Shown here one piece after another: positions 37,839 to 47,958 of a stretch of 64,000 bases of DNA. This DNA is from Alphaproteobacteria bacterium (GTDB lineage Bacteria > Pseudomonadota > Alphaproteobacteria > CALKHQ01). The translations under genes were made by a program, and so were the position numbers. Below the pieces are notes generated by a model. It saw only the letters and a list, made by a program, of their open reading frames with translations. It was not told where the DNA came from and made no database searches. The stretch lies in contig CBDDFZ010000002.1 of the NCBI GenBank assembly GCA_965227515.1, positions 96,001-160,000 of the forward strand, in the 5' to 3' direction. The stretch's first letter is position 1. Each line of letters begins with the position of its first letter.

Positions 37839-38768
37839 CTATTTCCGCGTGCTGAGGCGCAGGATGATGTCCTGGTCGTAATTGCCGAATCCCCGGCCGA
37901 ACAGGTTCATGCCGCCGGGATTGCGCGCATCCGGCCGGACACCGACCCGCACGCGGATGGAATGGTGATTGGCGACCTCCAGGTCCGCCAGCGAAACATC
38001 CGATATGCGCACGCCGTCGACATAGGTACCGTCGCCGTTGATCCGCCAGCTCTTCAACTTGCCGTACTGGGAGCCGGCGAGTTTCCACCAGGCGGGCGTG
38101 TAGACGCCGCGCTTGTCGCCGAAGTCCCCCGGCGAGGTCCAGGTGCCGGCGTCGATACCGTTCACCGATAGCGTGATGTCCGACGGCCAGTCGGCACTGG
38201 TGCCCGGCACCTCCGAACTCAGCTCCATTACGACTTCCAGTTGTTCGATCTCCTCCATGCTGGAGCGCGCGTTGTTCGGGAACTGGTACTCGACATAGCC
38301 GCGCGTGAACCACAGCAGTCCCGTCTTCATCCGCGCCGGCTCCAGGAAGGAGTCCGGCACGTCGAGCAGGCCGATGATGCCTTCGGTGGAGCAGAGCCCG
38401 CACGGCGCGCTGACCTCGCAACTGGTGTAGAGGCCGAGCGGCATCGACACCTCGATGGCATCGGATTTCAGGCTGTCCAGGTCCTCCTTGAAGACGACGA
38501 GCACCTCGTCGAAGGTTGATCGGCACACCTTCTGGTTGCCCTTGCGCGCCTTCTGCGTCTCCGACCGGACGAGCCCAGCGTCCTCCAGAATCTGCACGTT
38601 TGCCGAGACCGTGGACTGTGGAAGCGACAGTTTGGCCGCAATCTCGTTGACGTTCAGGGCACCGTTCTGGTGCAGCACCTTCAGGATGCCGACCCGTGGG
38701 GCGGAAGCGAGGCTCTTCAGGACATGCAGGCCATCTTCAGGGTCGATCACCAGGAAGTTGCGGCTCAT
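37839..38768 (-). CDS. ArsR-HTH transcriptional regulator with long C-terminal domain (arabinoside-locus type)
   Basis: LAS..R..IL, NVNEIA..L.LPQSTVS, LEDAGL; C-terminal PCGLC, WTSPGDFG, QYG.LK. Confidence 0.88.
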   Translation of the reverse strand: MSRNFLVIDPEDGLHVLKSLASAPRVGILKVLHQNGALNVNEIAAKLSLPQSTVSANVQILEDAGLVRSETQKARKGNQKVCRSTFDEVLVVFKEDLDSLKSDAIEVSMPLGLYTSCEVSAPCGLCSTEGIIGLLDVPDSFLEPARMKTGLLWFTRGYVEYQFPNNARSSMEEIEQLEVVMELSSEVPGTSADWPSDITLSVNGIDAGTWTSPGDFGDKRGVYTPAWWKLAGSQYGKLKSWRINGDGTYVDGVRISDVSLADLEVANHHSIRVRVGVRPDARNPGGMNLFGRGFGNYDQDIILRLSTRK

Positions 38769-38994
38769 TAAGGCTCCATACAATTGTCGCGCGGTTTTGC
38801 GCGCGCAGCGTTTTTTGTTCCCATTTTGCCGATGCAGTCAATGGTGCGCTGACCGCCGAGCCGGTCCGCAGCCATGTTTGGTCATGGCTATGACCTGGCG
38901 CGCTCCAGCACGAAACACACCGCACGAGACGGCAATTCCGCCCGCATTCTCCAGCTTATTCGCACTTGTGGTGCAACCCAAGGCGGGGTAATCT

Positions 38995-39018
38995 AACTAG
39001 GAAAACGTTTTCCTAGTT
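38995..39018. promoter_or_regulatory. LacI-family operator (perfect 24-bp palindrome)
   Basis: AACTAGGAAAACGTTTTCCTAGTT with central CG. Confidence 0.88.
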
Positions 39019-39113
39019 TCCTAATGCGGTTCCTTCACGCAGTGCCGTCGAAGCCGACCATTGGCACCGGTGGGGATCGCGGAACGAAGAAATAACGACA
39101 AGCAAGGGAGGAC

Positions 39114-40382
39114 ATGATGGGCAACCAGCTATCAAGGCGCCGATTGATCACTTCGTCTGCGGCAGCATTTGGCGCGGGGTCCGTTGCCGCGCCTTTCATC
39201 AATCGTGCCCGTGCCCAGGAGAACAGGATCACGATTGGCATGGAGGTTGGATCGCCCTACGACACCTTCTACCGGGATCATGCCACCACCTTCACCGAGG
39301 CGACCGGTGTAGATGTGGAGTTCATCTCGATACCGCACGACAACATCCGCCAGCAGTTCGTGCTGGACGCATTGTCTGGCGCCGGCGGTTTCGACGTCTA
39401 CATTGCGGATCAGGTCTGGCTGCCTGAATTCTACGAGAAAGGGTTCATCACGGACCTGACCGATGCGGTCGCGGCAGACGACCTCGCCGATTTCTCCGCC
39501 ACGGCCATCGACACCGTCAGCTATCAGGGGGCGCTGGTGGCGTTGCCGATCATGGTCCACAACTGTGCCATGTACTGGCGGACCGATCTGCTGCAGGCGG
39601 CCGGGTTCGCCGCGCCTCCCGCAAGCTGGGAGGAATATCGCGAGGTTGCGCGCGCCACCACGTCCGGCGACGTGTGGGGCACGATGATTCTGTCCAAGCA
39701 GGGTATCGAGGCGGCAACCCGCCTGAACGCGTTCTATCAGCAGAGCGGCAGCGACATTGTCGATGCGAGCGGTAATGCCACTATCGACACAGAGGCGGGG
39801 CGCGCCGCGCTGGAGTTCATGACCGCCTTGGTGTTCGAAGACAAGGCTGCGCCGGAAGGCGTGCTCGAACTGCCGGACATGCAAGGTGCCTGGCTGGAGG
39901 GCGAGCTCGCGCTGGCGCCGGTATGGCCCTACCTCTATTCGCTGTCGAAGGAGCCGCTCGGCGACACATTCGCCATCGGCACGGCGCCGGGCAACCCGGA
40001 CGATGGCGGCACGGTCTATTCGTGGGGGTTCGCCGCAGCCGCCGGTGCGCCGAACCCAGACGCGGCACTCGAATGGGTGAGATGGGCCACCAGCACGGAG
40101 ACGCTGTATCAGTTCGGCAAGGAGTGGCTGAATCCGGTGCCGCGCCAGTCGGCCATCGATCTGGTCAACGCGGACGCCGACATTGGCGACGACGACAAGG
40201 CCGCGATCTCGGCCTTTGCCGCCTCCGCCGCCGCCGGCACCAGCATGCCGATGATCCCGCAATATGCGCAGCTTCTTGACGTGCTGGGCATCATGCAGTC
40301 GGGCGTCATGTCCGGTGCATTGACGATCGATGAGGCGCTGGCCGAGGGCCAGGAGCGCGCGGATGCCATCATGGCGGGCTGA
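39114..40382 (+). CDS. Sugar ABC substrate-binding protein (Tat signal)
   Basis: SRRRLI Tat motif; YWRTDLL, P.SWEE. Confidence 0.92.
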   Translation: MMGNQLSRRRLITSSAAAFGAGSVAAPFINRARAQENRITIGMEVGSPYDTFYRDHATTFTEATGVDVEFISIPHDNIRQQFVLDALSGAGGFDVYIADQVWLPEFYEKGFITDLTDAVAADDLADFSATAIDTVSYQGALVALPIMVHNCAMYWRTDLLQAAGFAAPPASWEEYREVARATTSGDVWGTMILSKQGIEAATRLNAFYQQSGSDIVDASGNATIDTEAGRAALEFMTALVFEDKAAPEGVLELPDMQGAWLEGELALAPVWPYLYSLSKEPLGDTFAIGTAPGNPDDGGTVYSWGFAAAAGAPNPDAALEWVRWATSTETLYQFGKEWLNPVPRQSAIDLVNADADIGDDDKAAISAFAASAAAGTSMPMIPQYAQLLDVLGIMQSGVMSGALTIDEALAEGQERADAIMAG

Positions 40383-40403
40383 CGCTTTCGTTGCGAGGCG
40401 GTC

Positions 40404-41315
40404 GTGCCGCATCAAATCGCCTCTCGCGGCACCGATCTGGGGCGCCGGCGCCGTGTGACGGGCATACTGCTCACGGCGCCCGCGCTCGTCGCCATTGCGG
40501 CGACCATCGTCTACCCGATCGGGTGGACCCTGTTCATCAGTATGAACCATGCCGACTACGCCATGACCGGCGTGGCGGACCTTGTGGGGCCCGACCACTA
40601 TGTGCGCATAGCCGGCCTGGTCGACTTCCAGCGCGCGTTGTTGCAAACGCTTGGCTTCGTCGCCACCGCATTCTTGCTCGAAGCGGTGCTGGCGCTGCCC
40701 ATCGCGTTGGCCCTGCATCGCGGGCTGCGCGGCCATCGCGTTTTCCGGGCGCTGATCGCTCTGCCATTGATGGTCGCGCCCGTGGTCGGTGCCCTGGCTT
40801 GGCGGTTCGTGTTCGTCGATGGCTACGGCATGGTGGATTCGATCGCCGCCTGGCTTGGTACCGACGGGCCGCTATGGTTCTCCGACGTGTGGTTGGCGCG
40901 GGTGGCAATCCTGATCGCGAACCTGTGGCTGGCCCTGCCGTTCGACGTGCTGATGCTGCTGGCCGGTCTGGCAAGCCTGCCGTCGGAGCCCGTCGAGGCC
41001 GCACGGATCGATGGTGCCAGTACCCTCCAGACCTTGATCAGGGTCACCCTGCCGTTGCTGCGTTCGGTGATCCTGATCATCGTGGTTGTGCGGCTGGCGG
41101 ATGCATTCCGAATCTTCGACGTGTCCTACGTGCTGACCGCGGGCGGACCCGCAAACAGCACCGATGTGCTGTCGACGTTCATCTACCGCCAAATGTTCAC
41201 GTCCTTCGATTTCGCCGGAGGCTCGGCGGCATCGATCATGCTGGTGGCGATCACCGCCGCAGCTTCGTTGTTGGCCGTCTTCCTGCTGCGCGAGAAGTGG
41301 CGGTCGGCGACATGA
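40404..41315 (+). CDS. Carbohydrate ABC permease
   Basis: EAARIDGAS, LTAGGP. Confidence 0.92.
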   Translation: MPHQIASRGTDLGRRRRVTGILLTAPALVAIAATIVYPIGWTLFISMNHADYAMTGVADLVGPDHYVRIAGLVDFQRALLQTLGFVATAFLLEAVLALPIALALHRGLRGHRVFRALIALPLMVAPVVGALAWRFVFVDGYGMVDSIAAWLGTDGPLWFSDVWLARVAILIANLWLALPFDVLMLLAGLASLPSEPVEAARIDGASTLQTLIRVTLPLLRSVILIIVVVRLADAFRIFDVSYVLTAGGPANSTDVLSTFIYRQMFTSFDFAGGSAASIMLVAITAAASLLAVFLLREKWRSAT

Positions 41316-42163
41316 CCGTTCTCGGCGCACGACCCCGTCCGGGCCCGAACCTGGCGGATTACGCTCGCTGGGGCGGGCTTGCGTTGACCTGCCTGCTGAT
41401 GCTGGTGCCCGTCTTCTGGATCCTCTCGACATCGTTCAAGAGCGACGCTGAGGTGCTGGTCACGCCAAGCACGCTGTTGCCCCGCGATCCGATACTGGAC
41501 AATTATGCCACCGCGCTGGGGGGCGACTTCCTCAGCTTCATGTCCAACAGCTTGATCGCGGCCAGCGGCGCAACTCTGCTGTGCCTTGTCCTCGGCATTC
41601 CCGCTGCCTTCGGGTTCGCGAAATTCGGCTATCGAGGGTCCGGGGGCCTGCTGGCGTTCATCGTGGTCACCCGTGTTTTCCCGCCGATCGCCTTGGCGCT
41701 GCCGTTCTTCCTGCAGTTCGGGGCGATCGGCCTGATCGATACGCCGTTCGGTCTCATCGTCGCCTATGTCCCCATCGTCCTTCCCCTGATGATCTGGATA
41801 CTGCACGGCTTCTTTCGCAACTTTCCCGATGAGCTGCTAGAGGCGGCCCGGGTCGATGGCCTCGGGGTCTTGCCGACCCTGATCCGCATCGTCATTCCGC
41901 TGTCACTGCCGGCCATCGGCACGGCAACTCTGTTCGGCTTCCTGGTTGCCTGGAACGAGTTCGTCATCGCGCTGACGCTGACACGCACGCCGGCGGGCCA
42001 GACCATGCCTGTCGGTATCTCGGGGCTGATCACCCAATTCACTGTGCTGTGGGGCGAGATGATGGCAGCGGCGGCGGTCTACCTGCTGCCAGTGCTGGTG
42101 GTCACGGTGCTGACACAGCGCGGTCTCGTCAGCGGCCTGATGGCTGGGGCGACCAAACACTAG
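41312..42163 (+). CDS. Carbohydrate ABC permease
   Basis: EAARVDG, WNEF; ATGA overlap. Confidence 0.92.
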   Translation: MTVLGARPRPGPNLADYARWGGLALTCLLMLVPVFWILSTSFKSDAEVLVTPSTLLPRDPILDNYATALGGDFLSFMSNSLIAASGATLLCLVLGIPAAFGFAKFGYRGSGGLLAFIVVTRVFPPIALALPFFLQFGAIGLIDTPFGLIVAYVPIVLPLMIWILHGFFRNFPDELLEAARVDGLGVLPTLIRIVIPLSLPAIGTATLFGFLVAWNEFVIALTLTRTPAGQTMPVGISGLITQFTVLWGEMMAAAAVYLLPVLVVTVLTQRGLVSGLMAGATKH

Positions 42164-42222
42164 CAACCGACTATGAGAAGTGCGGGCCGGAAGCGCCGCA
42201 CAATCGGGGAGAAGAGAAGCAG

Positions 42223-43074
42223 ATGAACCAGGTCATAGCCCATAAGACGCCATGCGTGCTGGCCCATGGCGCGGAGATACCGGCAATCGGACTCGGCACT
42301 TATCCCATGCGCGGCGAACGTTGCGTCGCCGCGGTCGAGACCGCGCTCGTCTACGGCTACAGGCATATCGACACGGCATCCGGCTATCAGAACGAGGCCG
42401 AGGTCGGACAGGGCATCCGCGGCGCTGGCATCCCGCGCGAGGACATATTCGTCACCACCAAGATCACGCCATGGGACCTGGCGGAGGGTGACATGCAAAG
42501 GGCCGTTGAACGGAGCCTCAAGGCACTGGGGCTCGACGTCGCCGACCTGATCCTGATCCATTGGCCCTCGCGCACCATCCCTGCGGCCGAAACGGTGCGC
42601 ACGCTCAACGACGTCAAGCGCCGGGGGCTGGCGCGCCACATCGGCGTCTCCAACTACACGGTGGCGTTGCTTGAGGAAGCGTGGGCCGCGACCGAGGAAC
42701 CGCTGGCGGTGAACCAGTGCGAGTTCCATCCCTATCTCGACCAGCAACGACTACGCGCGGCGTGTCGCGCGCGCGGCATGGCGTTCACCGCCTATGCCCC
42801 GCTCGGCCAGGGCGCCGAACTGAAGGACCCGGCGGTGACTGGAATCGCCAGGGCGCTCGGCCGCACGCCGGCGCAGGTGTTGCTGCGCTGGGCCTTGCAG
42901 CACGAGGGAACGTGCGCAATTCCGAAGAGTGCGACGCCAAGCCGTATCCGAGAGAACCTGGCCGTGTTCGACTTCAGCCTATCGGCGGAACAGATGGACG
43001 TGTTGTCGGGGTTGGCGCGGCCGGGCAGCCGCATCATCGCAGATCCGGATTTGGCGCCAGCATGGGACGAGTGA
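42223..43074 (+). CDS. Aldo/keto reductase (2,5-DKG reductase-like)
   Basis: GLGT, HIDTA..Y.NE, TTK, LIHWP, IGVSN, AIPKS. Confidence 0.93.
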   Translation: MNQVIAHKTPCVLAHGAEIPAIGLGTYPMRGERCVAAVETALVYGYRHIDTASGYQNEAEVGQGIRGAGIPREDIFVTTKITPWDLAEGDMQRAVERSLKALGLDVADLILIHWPSRTIPAAETVRTLNDVKRRGLARHIGVSNYTVALLEEAWAATEEPLAVNQCEFHPYLDQQRLRAACRARGMAFTAYAPLGQGAELKDPAVTGIARALGRTPAQVLLRWALQHEGTCAIPKSATPSRIRENLAVFDFSLSAEQMDVLSGLARPGSRIIADPDLAPAWDE

Positions 43075-43087
43075 TGGAGCGCGCTCG

Positions 43088-44992
43088 TCAGGTTTCCGGC
43101 AGCCACACCCGCATTTCACCTGGGCCGCGATTGCACCACAGGTAGTAGGGGATCGCGGTGAGCCTGGCGGGCACCAGCCGGGCCGGCGAGTCGCGATAGA
43201 GCGAACTGTCCCATTCGCTGCCATCCGCCAGCGCACCGTCGACCGTGATGGCAACCGCGCCGTCGAACAGCTCTGCGTGCACGGCGGCGTCTGCCTTTGC
43301 GTCGCGCGGCACCCGCGCAAGCGCAAGCGCTATGTCGTGATTGTCGGCGTGCTCCACGCAATAGACCAATGGGCCGCGCTTCAGGCACACCCGTCCGGCA
43401 TCCGCCCCGACACTGGGATGAGCGTATACACGGGTGACCGGCATCGGCAGGTCGAGCGCGACGCGGTCGCCGGGCTGCCATTCCCGCTGAATGGTGAGAT
43501 AGCCGTTGTGGAGGTTTGGCGCCATGTCCACAGGCGCGCCGTTGACCGAGGCCGTGGCCCCCTCGGCCCATCCCGGAATGCGTAGTTTGAGTGCGAAGTC
43601 GAGCGCTGCTTCGAGCTCCATCGTGATCGAGATGTCCCCAGACCAGGGATAGGTGCTCTCTTCCACCAACGTCACCGGTGTGTCGCCGATCTTGAGGTGC
43701 GCGCGGGTACCGCCGTAGATGTGGATCGCAATGCTGTCGGCGCTGGTCGAGTAGAAATAGCCGCTGACAGAGGCGATCAGCCGCGAGGCGTTCATGGTGC
43801 AGCACGGGCAAGGATGCCACGCCCAGCGGCTGTGGCTGCCATCGCTTTCCAGCTTGTTGTCGTAGAAATAGTGCTCGCCGTCGCGGGCCAGCCCGCTCAT
43901 CGTGTTGTTGAACAGGGCGAGCTCCAGGACATCGGCATAAGCGCCGTCGAGGTCCAGATTCAGCATGCGTTGCGCCCAGAAGATCATCGCCACCGACGCG
44001 CAGGTCTCCGCGTAGGCGGTGTCGTTGGGCAGGTCGTAGTCGGCGGTGAAGCCCTCGTTGTCGGCGGATGGCCCGAACCCGCCGGTGATGTACATGCGCG
44101 CCCGGGTCACGTCCTGCCACAGCACTTCGCAGGCGCGCTTCAGGCTTTCGTCGCCCAGGTCGGCGGCGAGGTCGGCCATGGCGGTGTACATGTACATGGC
44201 GCGCACGGCGTGCCCCACAACCTTGGTCTGCTCGCGCACCGGCTTGTGCGCCTGACCGTATTCGTAGGTGCCGGCCCAATAATCTGCCGGATCGGCTCCG
44301 CGCGCCCGCGCTTCAAGGTCGAAATAGTGCGGTGAGCTGCCACGCTCGTCGATGAAGTACGCGGCCAGGTCCAACCGCCGCCGGTCGCCGGTCAGGTGGT
44401 AGAGCTTGATCAGCGCGATCTCGATCTCCTGATGGCCGGGATAGCCGCGCTTCTGCCCCTCGCCATGCCCGAACACCTCGCCAATGTGGTCGATATAGCG
44501 CTCCATGATGTCGAGCAGGCGCCGGCGGCCGGTGGCCTGGAAATAGGCGATCGCACCTTCCAGCAGGTGGCCGGCGCAATAGAGCTCGTGGTTGTCGCGC
44601 AGATTGGTCCAGCGGTTCTCCGGCTCGCGCGACAGGTACCAGCAGTTGAGATAGCCGTTGGGTTCCTGCGTTTCGGCCAGCGTCTCGGCGATCTCGTCGA
44701 TGCGGCGCTCTATCTCCGCATCGCGTCGATGATGCAGCGCGTAGCTGGCGGCTTCGATCCATTTGCCGACATCGGAATCCCAGAAGATCTGGGTGGTGAA
44801 GTTCTTGTTGTTGCGTGGAATGCGCAGTGGCGGCGCCGGCCGGGGCGCGGTGAGCGAGTCGAGGATGCCGTACTCCTGCAGTTTCACGTACTGGCTCGGG
44901 ATCGTGCGCGTCAGCACCGTCTCCAGGCGTTCCCGCCAGAAGGCGCCGGTCAGGTCGACCGCAGTGAAGTTGGCTGGCATGTAGGTTCGCAT
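43088..44992 (-). CDS. GH127 beta-L-arabinofuranosidase family glycoside hydrolase
   Basis: FWDSDV.KW.EA, HELY, GH.EIE, GHAVRA.Y, EGF, YAETCAS, CPCC; start at ATG 44992. Confidence 0.94.
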   Translation of the reverse strand: MRTYMPANFTAVDLTGAFWRERLETVLTRTIPSQYVKLQEYGILDSLTAPRPAPPLRIPRNNKNFTTQIFWDSDVGKWIEAASYALHHRRDAEIERRIDEIAETLAETQEPNGYLNCWYLSREPENRWTNLRDNHELYCAGHLLEGAIAYFQATGRRRLLDIMERYIDHIGEVFGHGEGQKRGYPGHQEIEIALIKLYHLTGDRRRLDLAAYFIDERGSSPHYFDLEARARGADPADYWAGTYEYGQAHKPVREQTKVVGHAVRAMYMYTAMADLAADLGDESLKRACEVLWQDVTRARMYITGGFGPSADNEGFTADYDLPNDTAYAETCASVAMIFWAQRMLNLDLDGAYADVLELALFNNTMSGLARDGEHYFYDNKLESDGSHSRWAWHPCPCCTMNASRLIASVSGYFYSTSADSIAIHIYGGTRAHLKIGDTPVTLVEESTYPWSGDISITMELEAALDFALKLRIPGWAEGATASVNGAPVDMAPNLHNGYLTIQREWQPGDRVALDLPMPVTRVYAHPSVGADAGRVCLKRGPLVYCVEHADNHDIALALARVPRDAKADAAVHAELFDGAVAITVDGALADGSEWDSSLYRDSPARLVPARLTAIPYYLWCNRGPGEMRVWLPET

Positions 44993-45024
44993 GGAGCAGG
45001 CTCCGGTTGGCTGAACGTTGGCGG

Positions 45025-46098
45025 TCAGGCGCGGCGGCCGCCGCAGGATTCGCGCACGACCAGGGTGCAGGGCATGCGGCTGACGCCGCTGAAGTGCTCG
45101 CCGCGGATCATCTTCAGCAACCGTTGGCCCGCTTCCCGGCCGAGGTCTGCCAGGTTCATGTCGACGCTGGTCAGTGCGGGCCGCGCGGCGTCGGTCATCA
45201 CCGTCCAGTTGTCGAAGCCCACGATGGCAACGTCGCCGGGCACGGCGATGCCGCGCTCGCGCAGCGCCTCCGCCGCACCGCGCGCAATCTGGTCGTTGCC
45301 GCAGAACAGGGCGTCGGGCGGCCGATCGGATGACCCGAATAGCTCGGTGACGGCCTCGCGCGCCCACGCTTCCGACCACACGCCGGGCATGTAGAACGCG
45401 TCGGGCACAGCGATGTCCGCGTCAGCCAGGGTCTTTTGCCAACCGGCACGGCGCAGCCGAACCGCCTCGAAGCCCTCCGGCCCGGTCAGGTGGGCGATAC
45501 GTTTCCGGCCGAGCCCGACCAAATGCTGTGTCGCCAGTGCGGCACCGCCCTCATCGTCGGGCAGCAGCGAGAAGGCGTTGGGGTCGTCGGACTGGGCGAA
45601 AACATTGATGACAGGCAGGCCGGTGATGCCAAGGTCGACATATGGCCGGCGGTCGGCACGACGGGCGGTGAACACCAGCCCATCGACCCGCTTGCGCAGC
45701 AACTGCTCCAGATGCTGGCTCTCGCGCTCCGGGTCGTCGGTGGCGTTGCACATGAACACCGCGATGCCCTCGTCGGCCAGCGTCGCCTCCAGACCTTCCA
45801 AGATCGGCATCGTGAACCGGCCGAAACTGTCATTGGAAATCAGACCGACGGTGTAGCTGTGCGCGCGGTGCAGGCTCTGCGCCAGGCTGTTTGGGCGAAA
45901 CCCGATTTCCGCGGCGACTTCGGCGATGCGGTCGCGGGTTTCCTGTTTCAGGCTGCCGCTGTTGTTGAGCGCCTTCGAAACGGTGCCGATGCTGACCTTG
46001 GCAAGCCGTGCCACGTCGCGGATCGTCGGCCCCGGCCGGGTCGGCCGGCTGCCGCGTCCGCCGCGCGGCGGCTCATCTCCGTTCTCGGTATCCATCAT
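45025..46098 (-). CDS. LacI-family transcriptional regulator
   Basis: TIRDVARLAKVSIGTVSKALN HTH; ND..A, VGFDN, LTSV. Confidence 0.95.
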   Translation of the reverse strand: MMDTENGDEPPRGGRGSRPTRPGPTIRDVARLAKVSIGTVSKALNNSGSLKQETRDRIAEVAAEIGFRPNSLAQSLHRAHSYTVGLISNDSFGRFTMPILEGLEATLADEGIAVFMCNATDDPERESQHLEQLLRKRVDGLVFTARRADRRPYVDLGITGLPVINVFAQSDDPNAFSLLPDDEGGAALATQHLVGLGRKRIAHLTGPEGFEAVRLRRAGWQKTLADADIAVPDAFYMPGVWSEAWAREAVTELFGSSDRPPDALFCGNDQIARGAAEALRERGIAVPGDVAIVGFDNWTVMTDAARPALTSVDMNLADLGREAGQRLLKMIRGEHFSGVSRMPCTLVVRESCGGRRA

Positions 46099-47006
46099 TT
46101 CACCGCACCGCTGAGGAAACCGGAGACGTAGTACCTCTGGAGCAGCAGGTAAAACAGCACGCAGGGAATGATCGAGACGAACACGCCGGCTTCCAACATG
46201 CCCCAGTCGGTGCCGCCGAGGATGGTCTGTTGCCGCGCTGTCGATAGTGCCAGCGGAAGCGTGAAGGCGTCGCCCCGGTTCATGATCACCAGCGCGGCCA
46301 GGAACTCGTTCCACGACATGATGAAGGCGAACAGCGAGACGGTGACGATGGCTGGCTTGATCGCCGGCAAGTAGATGCGCAGCAGGAGCTGGAAGCTGCC
46401 GGCGCCGTCGACAACGGCCGCCTCCTCCAGTTCTCGCGGCACCGCCTCGAAGCTGTTGCGCATGATGTAGACGCTGAACGGAATCTGCACCGCAGTGTGC
46501 ACGATCGCCAGCCCGACGAGCGAGTTCTGCAGCCCGATCTCGGCGAACATGAAGAATATCGGCGTCAGCAGTGCCTGGTAGGGGATGATCAGCGCCAGCA
46601 GCAGGACGACGAACAGCCCCTCCTTGAACGGGATCGGGAAGCGGGCCAGCGCATAGCCGGCCGGGATGGTCAGCGCCAGGCAGAACACGATAGTGAGTAG
46701 TGCCGCGCCGCCGCTGTTGGCCAGGTAGGTGAGCAGGCCGGCCTGGTAATTCCACAGCCGATCGTAGGCATCGATGTCGAAGGTCTCGGCGACGTAGGTC
46801 GGTGGTGTGCGGTTGGCTTCCTCGGTCGTCTTGACCGAGGCCATCAGCGCGAAGAACAACGGCGCGATCATCACTGCGCAGACCGCCATGCAGACCGCAC
46901 CCAATAGCAGCCGAGTCCGCGCTTCGCATAGGCGCACCCAAAGCCTCCGCAGGTCGAGGCCATCGGCGCGTTGCCCCTGCAGTTCGTGATGCACGGCGCT
47001 GCTCAT
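46095..47006 (-). CDS. Carbohydrate ABC permease
   Basis: LEEAAVVDGA, WNEF, GAVK. Confidence 0.92.
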   Translation of the reverse strand: MSSAVHHELQGQRADGLDLRRLWVRLCEARTRLLLGAVCMAVCAVMIAPLFFALMASVKTTEEANRTPPTYVAETFDIDAYDRLWNYQAGLLTYLANSGGAALLTIVFCLALTIPAGYALARFPIPFKEGLFVVLLLALIIPYQALLTPIFFMFAEIGLQNSLVGLAIVHTAVQIPFSVYIMRNSFEAVPRELEEAAVVDGAGSFQLLLRIYLPAIKPAIVTVSLFAFIMSWNEFLAALVIMNRGDAFTLPLALSTARQQTILGGTDWGMLEAGVFVSIIPCVLFYLLLQRYYVSGFLSGAVK

Positions 47007-47878
47007 CCGCGCGCCCGCTTGCTCAGGAAGATCTGCAGGACCGTGAAGCACAGGATGACGGCGGCCAGGATCAGCGACAGGGCGGAGCCGTAGCCGAGCT
47101 TCAGGAACGGGAAGGCATTGAGGTAGATGTGGAACACCGATGTCGCGGTCTCGTTGAACGGCTGGCCGGCGGTCATGATGTAGAACTGGTCGAACGCGAG
47201 CAGCGAGCCGATGGCGCTGACCAGGGTGACCAGCAGCACGGTCTTCAGCGTCAGCGGCAGAATGATGGACCACACGCGCCGCCAGTAGGACGCACCGTCG
47301 ACCAGCGCCGCCTCGGTGATCTCGCTCGGGATCGCGTGGATGGCGGCAACGAACAACAGCATGCCGAAGCCAACGACCTTCCACACCACCGAAACGATCA
47401 CCGCCCACAGGGAGGTGTCGGCATCGGCGCCGAACCAGATGATGGGCTGGTCGACGATGCCCAGGTCGACCAGCATGCGGTTGATCAGCCCGAAGTCGTA
47501 GCTGAACAGCCAGTACCAGAGCAGGCTGGAGATCGAGAGCCCGATCACCACCGGCACGAAGACGACGGCACGGGTGAACTTGCGCAGAGGCGTGTTGCGC
47601 GCGGTCAACAGGGCCAGCAGGTAGCCGAGGATCATCAGGATCGGCGTGATCAGCAACGTGTACGTGAGGGTGAACCAAAGAGAGACCCAAAACTGGCGTT
47701 CGTTAAACGCCTTCTCGAAATTGCCGAGGCCGATGAACGTCTCCTCCTCCATCAACGGCCATTTGTGCAGCGACATCCAGCCCATCTGGATCAGCGGGTA
47801 GACCGTGAACGCCAGCACGAACAGCAGTGCCGGCGCCAGGTACAGTAGCCCGATCCATTTGCTCTTGCTGGCGTACAC
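47003..47878 (-). CDS. Carbohydrate ABC permease
   Basis: EAALVDGAS, FDQFYIMT. Confidence 0.92.
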   Translation of the reverse strand: MYASKSKWIGLLYLAPALLFVLAFTVYPLIQMGWMSLHKWPLMEEETFIGLGNFEKAFNERQFWVSLWFTLTYTLLITPILMILGYLLALLTARNTPLRKFTRAVVFVPVVIGLSISSLLWYWLFSYDFGLINRMLVDLGIVDQPIIWFGADADTSLWAVIVSVVWKVVGFGMLLFVAAIHAIPSEITEAALVDGASYWRRVWSIILPLTLKTVLLVTLVSAIGSLLAFDQFYIMTAGQPFNETATSVFHIYLNAFPFLKLGYGSALSLILAAVILCFTVLQIFLSKRARG

Positions 47879-47958
47879 GTAGGCCCCTCGATTGCGTGCG
47901 CGTCAGGCGCCGGCGCCAAGGTGGTGGCGCCGGCCCTGGACGGTTCAGACGACTGCGG

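Noticed and set aside
45025-46941. Apparent 638-aa LacI fusion (also extended ORFs 43088-45379, 46095-47690, 34276-35967, 40391-42163, 51174-52415)
   Set aside because: Stop-free alternative frames overlapping the upstream gene; real starts are at ATGA overlaps or RBS-preceded ATGs
47905-47936. GC-rich hairpins after substrate-binding-protein genes (also near 31158-31183 and 34143-34172)
   Set aside because: Ordinary intra-operon stabilising stems of ABC operons
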